A stretch of DNA of 64,000 nt from Chlamydiia bacterium (GTDB lineage Bacteria; Chlamydiota; Chlamydiia; Chlamydiales; JAAKFQ01), in the NCBI GenBank assembly GCA_041688145.1, contig JBDNIV010000040.1, forward strand, positions 1,742 to 65,741, given 5' to 3'. Position 1 is the stretch's first letter, and each line of letters begins with the position of its first letter. Under the pieces are notes generated by a model. That model was not told the origin of the DNA. It did not search any database and saw only the letters and a list, made by a program, of their open reading frames with translations. The translations under genes and the position numbers were made by a program. Shown one piece after another: positions 9,767 to 17,672 of this stretch.

Positions 9767-10678
9767 ATGGGATTAATAGAAAGAAAAACAAATACACATA
9801 CACGATTTGCTGAAAGCACATCCTATCAAGGCTCACAGAAACAACCCCAAGTGAGTACTGCTCAGGGCCGTAAGTGGGAAAACCTCTCAAATTTTAAAGT
9901 AGGCAGCCACTATCTTGATAAAGACCTAAACCTCCATTCAAGAACGGGTCTTATGGGCGTAATTAATGCCGTAAAGCACTTTTTTGGAGCTTTCAGCCTG
10001 AAGGCTACCATTCCAGCACTAAGGGCTGCTGTAGTAGAAAATCCAAAAATGTTCCAAGGTAATGGGGAACTTAAGCAGCTTCATAACAAAACTGAACAGA
10101 GCAGCTCAAGCACTACTAAGATCTTCCAAGCTCTATTTAGCGATGTAAGCAAGCGCAGCACCAAAGGACGTGTTGAAGTAGCTTACAATCTTAATCGTGC
10201 TCAAAGAAAAATCTTAAATACAGAAAGCTCAAATTCTCCTGCATACCTAAGCCAAGTTGCTCAAGGCATAAAAGATGTAAACGCCCATGCTTCAAAAGCA
10301 TTAATGAAACAAGGACTGCCTAAATCTTATATTCAATATTTTATGGAAAATTCTAAGGCTTTAGTGTCAGCCGCACAAAACTCTCACACCCCCCTTGCTA
10401 CTTATGTAAAAGAGACTGTTAAGCAAATCGACTACTCTAGAGGATCAGCTAATATTGATGCTTACATAAATGAAAGTTATCGAAATAATAACGGCAATAT
10501 AATACCTAATGTAGCTCCAGCATATAAGGGCGTGATCAATAAAATTCTTATAAACTGCAATACGGATTACGAAAAAGTGCTAAAATCTCAAGCAAGCCGT
10601 TCTTTTTCTTCAGGTACGAAAATAGCTGGAAGCGGTAAATATAGCGCTGCAAGCTTTGAATCAGGTCACGCTTGGTAA
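9767..10678 (+). CDS. Hypothetical protein (no recognisable domain)
   Basis: 303-codon ORF behind a 166-nt AT-rich spacer, followed by a clean terminator. No motif recognised. Confidence 0.5.
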   Translation: MGLIERKTNTHTRFAESTSYQGSQKQPQVSTAQGRKWENLSNFKVGSHYLDKDLNLHSRTGLMGVINAVKHFFGAFSLKATIPALRAAVVENPKMFQGNGELKQLHNKTEQSSSSTTKIFQALFSDVSKRSTKGRVEVAYNLNRAQRKILNTESSNSPAYLSQVAQGIKDVNAHASKALMKQGLPKSYIQYFMENSKALVSAAQNSHTPLATYVKETVKQIDYSRGSANIDAYINESYRNNNGNIIPNVAPAYKGVINKILINCNTDYEKVLKSQASRSFSSGTKIAGSGKYSAASFESGHAW

Positions 10679-10725
10679 AAATCGAGTCTCACCTAGTACT
10701 GATTCTAGCTAATCTGTATTTAAAT

Positions 10726-10757
10726 AAGAAAAGGCCCCATTTCTGGGGCCTTTTCTT
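10726..10757 (+). terminator. Rho-independent terminator (GGCCCCA-TTTC-TGGGGCC + TTTTCTT)
   Basis: GC-rich stem with a T-tract, 48 nt after the stop at 10678. Confidence 0.65.
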
Positions 10758-10928
10758 ATGCTAAAGCTTTTTCTCTGCCTGCTTGACTATCTTAATACCG
10801 GCTCAATGCATTCACCCAAACATAAATCTCATTAGTGCTTTTCAACCTCTTTATAAATTAAAGAAATTGATTGACAGGCTGCATACCTATCAAAGAGTAT
10901 GGATTTTTTGTGTTTTTAAGATGTTATT

Positions 10929-12047
10929 ATGATCAATTTTATCCAGGCTCAAACACTAAATCTAAAAGGGATAATCTATTTGCAACAAAATACCTATGTG
11001 TATGCAGCGAATATTAATACCCACGCTTTATCCCTCTCAGGGCCCGGGAAGCTTGTCCGTATTATTACATCTGAAGACACTCCTATCCCCCAAGGTTTTT
11101 CATGTGTAATGCTTATTCCTGAATTAGCTGATATAAGTACTTTATCAACTAGCTTATTTGCAAAATTCATAAGTAAAAAAAAGCCCCTCACAAGTCTTCT
11201 AAAAAAAACTGCACGAAATAGAGCTGCTTCTAGTGCAGAAGTTCCAAGATTACTTTCTGCCAAAAAAAGTGCCCACGTTATCGCTAAAAAGTCGCCCCTT
11301 TCATTTTCGCCTTCCCTAGATTTAGCTGCACCAAAAAGCGGCGGCTCCCCACTTAAAAAAATGGCTTCAGCTGCTAAAGCTCAACTCCCCTCACTTCAAC
11401 GACAAAGAAGCGTATCCCAAGCACCTCAAATTCTACATCCTGATAGCACAGAGCCTGAGGAAAACACGCTTCCAATTGCTGATATCATTGAGCAAGCCGC
11501 CTATTTAACATCTAAATTACCTGGAAAAAACAAGCTTCCAGTAAACCTCAAGCATGATCATTCTATATGTCATATGGGCAGCACCCGAATCCCTATACCT
11601 CAAGAAAAAAACAAGGGCTTCTGGTCGGTTCGTTACTTATTAGCATCTCGAAGCTTCCCTAGAGACAAGAAAAATATAAGCCTATTAGCTAATGATATTC
11701 GCTTTCAAGGCAGTAATATATACGCCCTTTCAACTTCTGTAGAATGGGTTGCAGCAGAAATGCTGTTTTGCGAATACGAAATATCTAGATTTGGTGAAGA
11801 TTGGCACTTACTTGCCGATAAGGCTACCTTAGCGGCAGGAAATTCTATTAAAATGCTAGGAGGTCTCGTAGCAGCTTTCCATGGAATATCTATGATAGCA
11901 GACGAAATCACACTTGATAGCATAACTTTTTCAACTCGCTTATTCGACATAAAGATGGCTACTAGCTCTAAAGAAGATCAAGCATATATCCTTGAATGGA
12001 TATTTGATACATGGCTAAGAGAAAACTTTAGTAGTTTCTGCACATAA
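10929..12047 (+). CDS. Hypothetical protein (no recognisable domain; central Ser/Pro/Lys-rich low-complexity region)
   Basis: 372-codon ORF. No motif recognised. Confidence 0.5.
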   Translation: MINFIQAQTLNLKGIIYLQQNTYVYAANINTHALSLSGPGKLVRIITSEDTPIPQGFSCVMLIPELADISTLSTSLFAKFISKKKPLTSLLKKTARNRAASSAEVPRLLSAKKSAHVIAKKSPLSFSPSLDLAAPKSGGSPLKKMASAAKAQLPSLQRQRSVSQAPQILHPDSTEPEENTLPIADIIEQAAYLTSKLPGKNKLPVNLKHDHSICHMGSTRIPIPQEKNKGFWSVRYLLASRSFPRDKKNISLLANDIRFQGSNIYALSTSVEWVAAEMLFCEYEISRFGEDWHLLADKATLAAGNSIKMLGGLVAAFHGISMIADEITLDSITFSTRLFDIKMATSSKEDQAYILEWIFDTWLRENFSSFCT

Positions 12048-12094
12048 CACAGTGCCGATAAATAAAGAGTGCCGGAAGAAGAAAAAAGCGCAGC

Positions 12095-12400
12095 CTACCA
12101 GCTAGCTTTCACAATCCCTGGGATGTGGCCTGAGTTTGCAAGCTCACGGAAGCATAAGCGAGAAAGTTTAAATTTGCGTAAGTAACCTCGGCAACGGCCG
12201 GTGATCTTACAGCGATTTCTAAGGCGTACAGCTGAAGTATTTGGAGACATTTTGTTTAGAGCTGTTCTCGCTACGAACTTTTCTTCTTCTGTCTTAGAAG
12301 CATCTACAATAATTTTTTTTAGTTCTGCGCGTTTTTTCCAGTTTCTTTCGACCTGGAGCTCACGACGCTTTTGCTTCTCAATACTTGCCTTTCTTGCCAT
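12095..12400 (-). CDS. rpsN: 30S ribosomal protein S14 (long, non-zinc form)
   Basis: [13 protein letters not shown]...[41 protein letters not shown]. The start overlaps the rpmJ stop (TAATG). Confidence 0.95.
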   Translation of the reverse strand: MARKASIEKQKRRELQVERNWKKRAELKKIIVDASKTEEEKFVARTALNKMSPNTSAVRLRNRCKITGRCRGYLRKFKLSRLCFRELANSGHIPGIVKASW

Positions 12401-12540
12401 TATTTGTTCTTCCTTGCAGGACCCTTCTGGCGCTGTTTGCGGTTAGGATCTTTTTTATTAATTACATAGAGACGTCCTCTTCTGCGAACAAGAATGTCGC
12501 CTTTAGAGGGGTCTGCTTTTACTGAAGCTCGGACTTTCAT
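12400..12540 (-). CDS. rpmJ: 50S ribosomal protein L36 (Cys-less form)
   Basis: [40 protein letters not shown]... The true start is the internal ATG at 12540 of the tracked ORF 12400-12600. No Cys or His zinc ligands. Confidence 0.9.
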   Translation of the reverse strand: MKVRASVKADPSKGDILVRRRGRLYVINKKDPNRKQRQKGPARKNK

Positions 12541-12737
12541 AATGCTTCCTTCATTTACAAATTTGTCCCGTTTATACCCCAAATCTGAATTTGTCCTCAA
12601 GAGAAATCTTCTCTATTGCCTTTCAAAAGGTAAAAAGGGAGAGCAGACGTAAAAAAATCACTAAAAACTTTACTATAGAAAAGCCTTGAAAAACAGGCTC
12701 TATGGAGAGAAAAAGCCTAAACTTGGGTGCCAGACTC

Positions 12738-12766
12738 TTGCGAAATACCCTGCTATACCGTATGCT
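12738..12766 (+). promoter_or_regulatory. Candidate sigma70-type promoter for rpmH-rnpA (TTGCGA-17-TATGCT)
   Basis: Hexamers read directly from the sequence with 17-nt spacing, 36 nt upstream of the rpmH ATG. Confidence 0.35.
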
Positions 12767-12801
12767 AAGGCCCAAGTAATTTATAGCCGGGTCCACTCAA
12801 C

Positions 12802-12948
12802 ATGAAAAGAACCTATCAGCCAAGTAAAAGACGCCGTAAAACCACGCATGGATTTCGTGCTCGCATGAAAACTGTTGGAGGCCGCAAGGTCATTAACCGC
12901 AGACGTCGTGCTGGAAGAAAGCGCTTAGCTCCTAGCGCTACCAAGTAA
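12802..12948 (+). CDS. rpmH: 50S ribosomal protein L34
   Basis: Not in the ORF track (48 aa). Manual translation gives [48 protein letters not shown]. Confidence 0.95.
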   Translation: MKRTYQPSKRRRKTTHGFRARMKTVGGRKVINRRRRAGRKRLAPSATK

Positions 12949-12968
12949 TAACTACTCAAAAATCTTTT

Positions 12969-13886
12969 ATGCGTTTTAAGCTGCCTAAAGCCCTTCGCGT
13001 ACGTACGCGAAGCCAGTTCGGTTATATCCGAAATAATAGACGCACGCTTTATGGCAAAGTGCTTGTAATAGATTTTGCCCATGCGCGCGGGCCCAACTCT
13101 TCGCCTCTGTGTGCCCCACCTAATAAAGGGATGCTCTCAAAGCTTGACCCCAAACCTAATTCCTTTGCGACAAAAGCTTCAAAATTAGGCTTAAGTGTCT
13201 CCAGAAAAATGGGCAAGGCCTACTTAAGAAACCGCTTCAAAAGACTTGTAAGAGAAGCTTTTCGCCATCTACATCCAAGACTTTTAGAACAATGCCTTAT
13301 CAATATAAGGCCAAAAAATCATTTGAGTTCAATGCCTTCCTTACAAGAGGTTGAAGCCGATTTAAAGCGTCTACTTCCCCTAAAGCAGCCAACTCTCATT
13401 ATCCGCCACAAAAAAGAAAACCGAAAAAAATGCTCCCTTACACCCCTAGAAAAAAGAACTGATTTTACTTTTTTAAGCTACCCTAGCGCTGAAGCTCCTA
13501 TACAAACCCCTGAAGAGTTAAAAAAATCAGGCTACATCCTCTTAGATCCTAAAGCGCCTCCCCTTTCAAAAGAAGACAAACCAAAAGGCCTGATCTTACT
13601 TGATTCTACCTGGCGCTATTTGCCAAAAATGCGCACCTGGCTTGACCCAGAAGGCTCTATCCCTTCAAGGAGCCTTCCTCCAAGCGTAGAGACTGCTTAT
13701 CCCAGAAAACAAGATGAGGAAAGGGGCCTAGCTTCTATTGAAGCTCTTTTTGCTGCTTTTGAGATCCTAGAATGGGATACCAAAGGCCTTTTAGATGAAT
13801 ACCACTGGAAAGAGGCTTTTTTAGAAAAAAATCCCGAACTCCAAAAGAGTGCTCTCCTCTCTCTTTTTAGCGTAAATCTTTCTTAA
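12969..13886 (+). CDS. rnpA: RNase P protein component fused to a C-terminal Tsr3/DTW-superfamily aminocarboxypropyltransferase-like domain
   Basis: aa 1-140 read as RnpA (LRVRTRSQF..., GLSVSRKMGKAYLRNRFKRLVREAFR) with a ~30-aa insert. aa 141-305 match Tsr3 landmarks (RKKCSLTPLEKR; ILLDPKAPPLSKED; LLDSTWRYL; RSLPPSVETAYPR; LASIEALFAAFEIL; YHWKEAFLEKNPEL). It is one uninterrupted frame, directly downstream of rpmH. Confidence 0.85.
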   Translation: MRFKLPKALRVRTRSQFGYIRNNRRTLYGKVLVIDFAHARGPNSSPLCAPPNKGMLSKLDPKPNSFATKASKLGLSVSRKMGKAYLRNRFKRLVREAFRHLHPRLLEQCLINIRPKNHLSSMPSLQEVEADLKRLLPLKQPTLIIRHKKENRKKCSLTPLEKRTDFTFLSYPSAEAPIQTPEELKKSGYILLDPKAPPLSKEDKPKGLILLDSTWRYLPKMRTWLDPEGSIPSRSLPPSVETAYPRKQDEERGLASIEALFAAFEILEWDTKGLLDEYHWKEAFLEKNPELQKSALLSLFSVNLS

Positions 13887-13911
13887 TTCTTCTTATAGGA
13901 AATCTAATTTC

Positions 13912-13942
13912 GTACAAATTGAAGTTGAACTTCAATTTGTAC
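13912..13942. repeat. 31-bp perfect palindrome GTACAAATTGAAGTT-G-AACTTCAATTTGTAC
   Basis: Read directly from the sequence. It lies between the rnpA-fusion stop (13886) and the first MFS gene (14039). No T-tract follows. Confidence 0.8.
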
Positions 13943-14038
13943 AAACAAGGACTCGCATAAGCTCTTTACAAGCTTGTACTGGCTAAAGCTTTATTTTTTT
14001 CTTGCCCAAATTATAAAATTTTCTCTATCTAGTGAAGT

Positions 14039-15265
14039 ATGACAGTAAAATCTAAAAGATCTATTGTTCCGTGCTTTTTCTCTGTAGCTATCGATATTAT
14101 GGGCTACGGGCTTGTGTACCCTCTAATTGCAGCGATGTTTGCAGGAGAACACTCTGCTTTTTTTATAAAGCACCATATCTCTCAAGATATGCACTTTTTT
14201 TACTTAAGTGCTATTTATGTGCTCTACCCTTTGTTTATGTTCTTTGGCTCATCATTCATCAGTGACCTAGCCGACACTATAGGGCGCAAAAAAGTCATGA
14301 TCTTGTCGATGGCACTTTTATGTTTTAGCTTTTGGCTGATGGGAAGCAGTATTGAACAAGAGAGTTTTGCACTTTTTTTATGTGGGCGAGCTTTATCTGG
14401 CTTTGCTGCAGGCAGTCAACCCATTGCACATACAACTGTAGCTGAAATGAGTCCTTTAAGAGCTAAAAGCCATAACCTCGGTATCATTGCTGTATGCCAA
14501 GCACTCGGCCTTATTTTAGGCCCTTTAGTAGCAGGTATTTTCTCCGATACAGCCTTAAACCCAGCCTTCTCATATGAGCTACCTTTCTATATAGCCTCTA
14601 TATTAGCTGCTATTGGCGCTATATGGATGGCCTTTAGTCTAGAAGAAATTCAAGCAAAAGGTATGAAGGACCGCTTTCATATCTTGCGTCCTATCTTTAT
14701 CTTTTTAGATGCCTTTAAGCATAAAACTTTGAGAGTTGTCGCTTTTTCCTTTCTAATGATGCAAATAGCTTTTGGTATATACTTTCAGCTTATTTCTATT
14801 TTCCTCAAAGATGTCTTCCAGTATAAAAGCTGGGAACTTGGTCTTTTTTACGCGTTTTTAGGTGCGGCATTTCCTGTAGGCCTAGGCTGCGCTCGTTATT
14901 TAGCACCTAGGATGTCGATGCAAGCAGGGGTTTTATGGGGACTTTTTGCTCTAACTGCAAGCTTAGTCATCGCTGGCTTTTGCCTAAACCATGAGCTTGT
15001 ATGGTTTGCTGGGTTTTTATTTGCTGTAACTGACATGCTAGCCTATGTAGGCATGGTGCGCGCTTTTTCACATGCCTTAGAACGCAGACGACAAGGATGG
15101 GAAACAGGCACTTTTGGAGCTCTTATTGGCGTAGGTTTTATTGTCTCAGGCTTCAGCCCAAACCTCTTAGACTCTTTTAGCACACACGCTATCTTATTGA
15201 TTGCAGCAGGTATTGCTGCTGTAGCATGGCTCACTATGACCTTGCATTTCAAAGTGTCTAAGTAG
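14039..15265 (+). CDS. MFS transporter (12-TM, drug:H+ antiporter/Tet-like)
   Basis: Multi-TM protein with MFS motif A (DLADTIGRKKVM). Tandem paralog of the next gene. Confidence 0.85.
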   Translation: MTVKSKRSIVPCFFSVAIDIMGYGLVYPLIAAMFAGEHSAFFIKHHISQDMHFFYLSAIYVLYPLFMFFGSSFISDLADTIGRKKVMILSMALLCFSFWLMGSSIEQESFALFLCGRALSGFAAGSQPIAHTTVAEMSPLRAKSHNLGIIAVCQALGLILGPLVAGIFSDTALNPAFSYELPFYIASILAAIGAIWMAFSLEEIQAKGMKDRFHILRPIFIFLDAFKHKTLRVVAFSFLMMQIAFGIYFQLISIFLKDVFQYKSWELGLFYAFLGAAFPVGLGCARYLAPRMSMQAGVLWGLFALTASLVIAGFCLNHELVWFAGFLFAVTDMLAYVGMVRAFSHALERRRQGWETGTFGALIGVGFIVSGFSPNLLDSFSTHAILLIAAGIAAVAWLTMTLHFKVSK

Positions 15266-15266
15266 C

Positions 15267-16496
15267 ATGAATAAACGAATTTTTCCCTGCCTTTTCGCTA
15301 TCTTTGTCGACATTATGGGCTATGGCCTCGTCTACCCGCTAGCCGCTTCAATGCTAGCAGGCTCCCAGGCGCATATTTTGCCAGCAGGTGCCTCTATACA
15401 TACCCAACACTTCTACTTGAGTCTTATGTATCTGCTATATCCTGCAGCAATGTTTTTTGGCGCCTCTTTTATGGGAGATCTATCCGATATGTTTGGCCGC
15501 AGAAAAATACTAACACTTTGCATGGCAGGCATAGCCTTAAGCTTTTGTTTAATGGGATTTGGAGCAATGGCACCTAGCTTAGCGCTTCTTTTATTAGGAC
15601 GCGCTTTATCTGGAGTTTTTGCAGGCAGCCCCCCTATTGCTCAAGCAATTATGGCTGACATTAGCAAAAGTGCCCATGCAAAAGCTAAAAACTTAAGTCT
15701 TTCTGTAGGAGCCCAGTGCCTCGGCACTATTTTCGGACCTTTAATTGCGGGCATTTTTTCTGACTATCAGCTTGTTACTTGGTTTACGTATGCAACTCCC
15801 TTTTTTGTAGCCGCTCTTTTTGCTGCTTTTGCCATGCTATGGGTCTATTTCAAACTAGAGAGCAGCTCTCAAAAAATTCGAGACCCTAAAGAATTTAAAC
15901 CCTTAAGACCTATTCTCGTATTTCTTGAAGCTTTTCAAGACAAGCGCGTCAGACTTTTAGCAATTACAGCTATCTTTGGGCAAATCTCTTTTGGAATTTT
16001 TTTTCAAATGATCTCAGTCGCATTGAAAGGAAGCTTTGACTATAGCGCCTCTCTTATTGGCTATTTTTATGCCTTTATGGGCGTCTTTTTTATAGGCTCA
16101 ATTTGTATGGTCCCCAGAATCCATAAGTGGGCTGGATCACCTCAGCGTCTTGCTATGACAGGTTTTTTATGTAATGCCGTAGCGATCTGCTTTTTTTTCT
16201 TCCAACCCTCTGAATTATGGGTCTGGGTGCTTAGTGCCGTATTGTGTCTTACAAACCCCTTTTACTACACAGGACTTATGATCAGCCTATCGGATGCTGT
16301 AAAAAAAGAGCGCCAAGGGTGGGTTATGGGGATCTATGGAGCAACGATTGCCTTCGGATGGATTATCTCAGGCCTATCTCCTAACCTGCTCAATTGGATA
16401 AGTGTGTGGACAGTGATCTCTTTGAGCACACCTGCATTTCTCGTAACAGCTTTTTTAATGCGCCTTTACATGAGCAAGCACCTTAAAGCCAAATAA
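15267..16496 (+). CDS. MFS transporter (tandem paralog)
   Basis: Same architecture and shared N-terminus (F..DIMGYGLVYPL). Motif A is GDLSDMFGRRKIL. It starts 1 nt after the previous stop. Confidence 0.85.
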   Translation: MNKRIFPCLFAIFVDIMGYGLVYPLAASMLAGSQAHILPAGASIHTQHFYLSLMYLLYPAAMFFGASFMGDLSDMFGRRKILTLCMAGIALSFCLMGFGAMAPSLALLLLGRALSGVFAGSPPIAQAIMADISKSAHAKAKNLSLSVGAQCLGTIFGPLIAGIFSDYQLVTWFTYATPFFVAALFAAFAMLWVYFKLESSSQKIRDPKEFKPLRPILVFLEAFQDKRVRLLAITAIFGQISFGIFFQMISVALKGSFDYSASLIGYFYAFMGVFFIGSICMVPRIHKWAGSPQRLAMTGFLCNAVAICFFFFQPSELWVWVLSAVLCLTNPFYYTGLMISLSDAVKKERQGWVMGIYGATIAFGWIISGLSPNLLNWISVWTVISLSTPAFLVTAFLMRLYMSKHLKAK

Positions 16497-17670
16497 CAAG
16501 CTCTACAATAGCTACGAATGCTAACACGCCACCCACAAAAGCCTCTAAAAATCCCCCTTTCGGCAAGCTGCCAATCGGCTTCAAACGATCTCTTATTCGA
16601 CCAACAAGAAGCATCCAAAGAGGAAGAACTCCTAAAAGCAAAAGACATCCCACACCCCCTGCAAAGCCGAGCGCTTTAATGAATATATCCGGATAGATCC
16701 AAGCCAAGGCTAAAGGCGGAATAAACGCTAAAAAAGCGAGTTTAAAAAGGCCAAAGCCTTTTTTAGGAATTTTAAGACCATCAGATAAAAAATCTAAGAG
16801 GCCTATGTTAACTCCTAAAAAAGAGGTCGCAATCGCTGCAAAAGCAAAAATCTCACCTAAATAGGTTAAAAATGTCCGCTCCAAAGTGTGCTCAAGTGCC
16901 CATATAGCTGTTTTACCAAGGCGCATAGCCTCGATTAACCCCCCTGACCCTGAGTGAGGTACAGCGCCTAAAACAACAAGCTGCCACAAGAGATAGACAC
17001 CTAGAGTCAAAAGGGTCCCTAAAACAATAGCTCGCCTTGTTTTTTTCACATCTCCCGCTAAGTAATCGCATAGGGTAGGCACTGTTCCCTGAAAGCTAAA
17101 CGCTGTAAAAATCACAGGAAGAGCGGCAAAAGCATAGCTTGTACGCGCATGTGACAAAAAGGCCATACGGACTTGCCCCAATCCAAAAATAATAAAAAGG
17201 ACATAAGCTCCTAGTAAAAAGGCCATCAGCCATCGATTAAGCTTATCGACAGCGCCGACCCCTTTCAAAAGAAAAGGGACTAAAAGCCCTAAGAAAATCA
17301 GCTGGCTTAACCAAAAAGGACTATAAGGAATCGCCAGTTCTATCAAGCTTGCGCCTCCTGCTACATAGGCCACACATAAGGAGTAAAATAAAAAGATATA
17401 AAGGGCACTTGTAACCCATTGACCAGGCCTTCCTAAAAAACGTCTGCTCATTGTAATCAGGTTGCTGCCTTTACCTGTCCATAGATGGACTTCTAACATG
17501 ATCAGCCCCATGCCTACCATAGCTGCCCAGCAAATGAAATAGAGGATACAAGCAGGGATAAAACCGCCTGCTGCTGTTACAAGTGGCGTGGCTAACATCC
17601 CAGCGCCAATCGTAGTCCCTGACACTATAAGCGCGCCCCCAAAAGTAGACGGATTTTCAACTTGCTTCAT
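16483..17670 (-). CDS. tyrP: Aromatic amino acid (Tyr/Trp) permease, HAAAP family
   Basis: N-terminus FGGALIVSGTTIGAGMLATPL is typical of TyrP/Mtr/TnaB. About 11 TM helices. Starts 2 nt after the glmS stop. Confidence 0.8.
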   Translation of the reverse strand: MKQVENPSTFGGALIVSGTTIGAGMLATPLVTAAGGFIPACILYFICWAAMVGMGLIMLEVHLWTGKGSNLITMSRRFLGRPGQWVTSALYIFLFYSLCVAYVAGGASLIELAIPYSPFWLSQLIFLGLLVPFLLKGVGAVDKLNRWLMAFLLGAYVLFIIFGLGQVRMAFLSHARTSYAFAALPVIFTAFSFQGTVPTLCDYLAGDVKKTRRAIVLGTLLTLGVYLLWQLVVLGAVPHSGSGGLIEAMRLGKTAIWALEHTLERTFLTYLGEIFAFAAIATSFLGVNIGLLDFLSDGLKIPKKGFGLFKLAFLAFIPPLALAWIYPDIFIKALGFAGGVGCLLLLGVLPLWMLLVGRIRDRLKPIGSLPKGGFLEAFVGGVLAFVAIVELVIWL

Positions 17671-17672
17671 CC

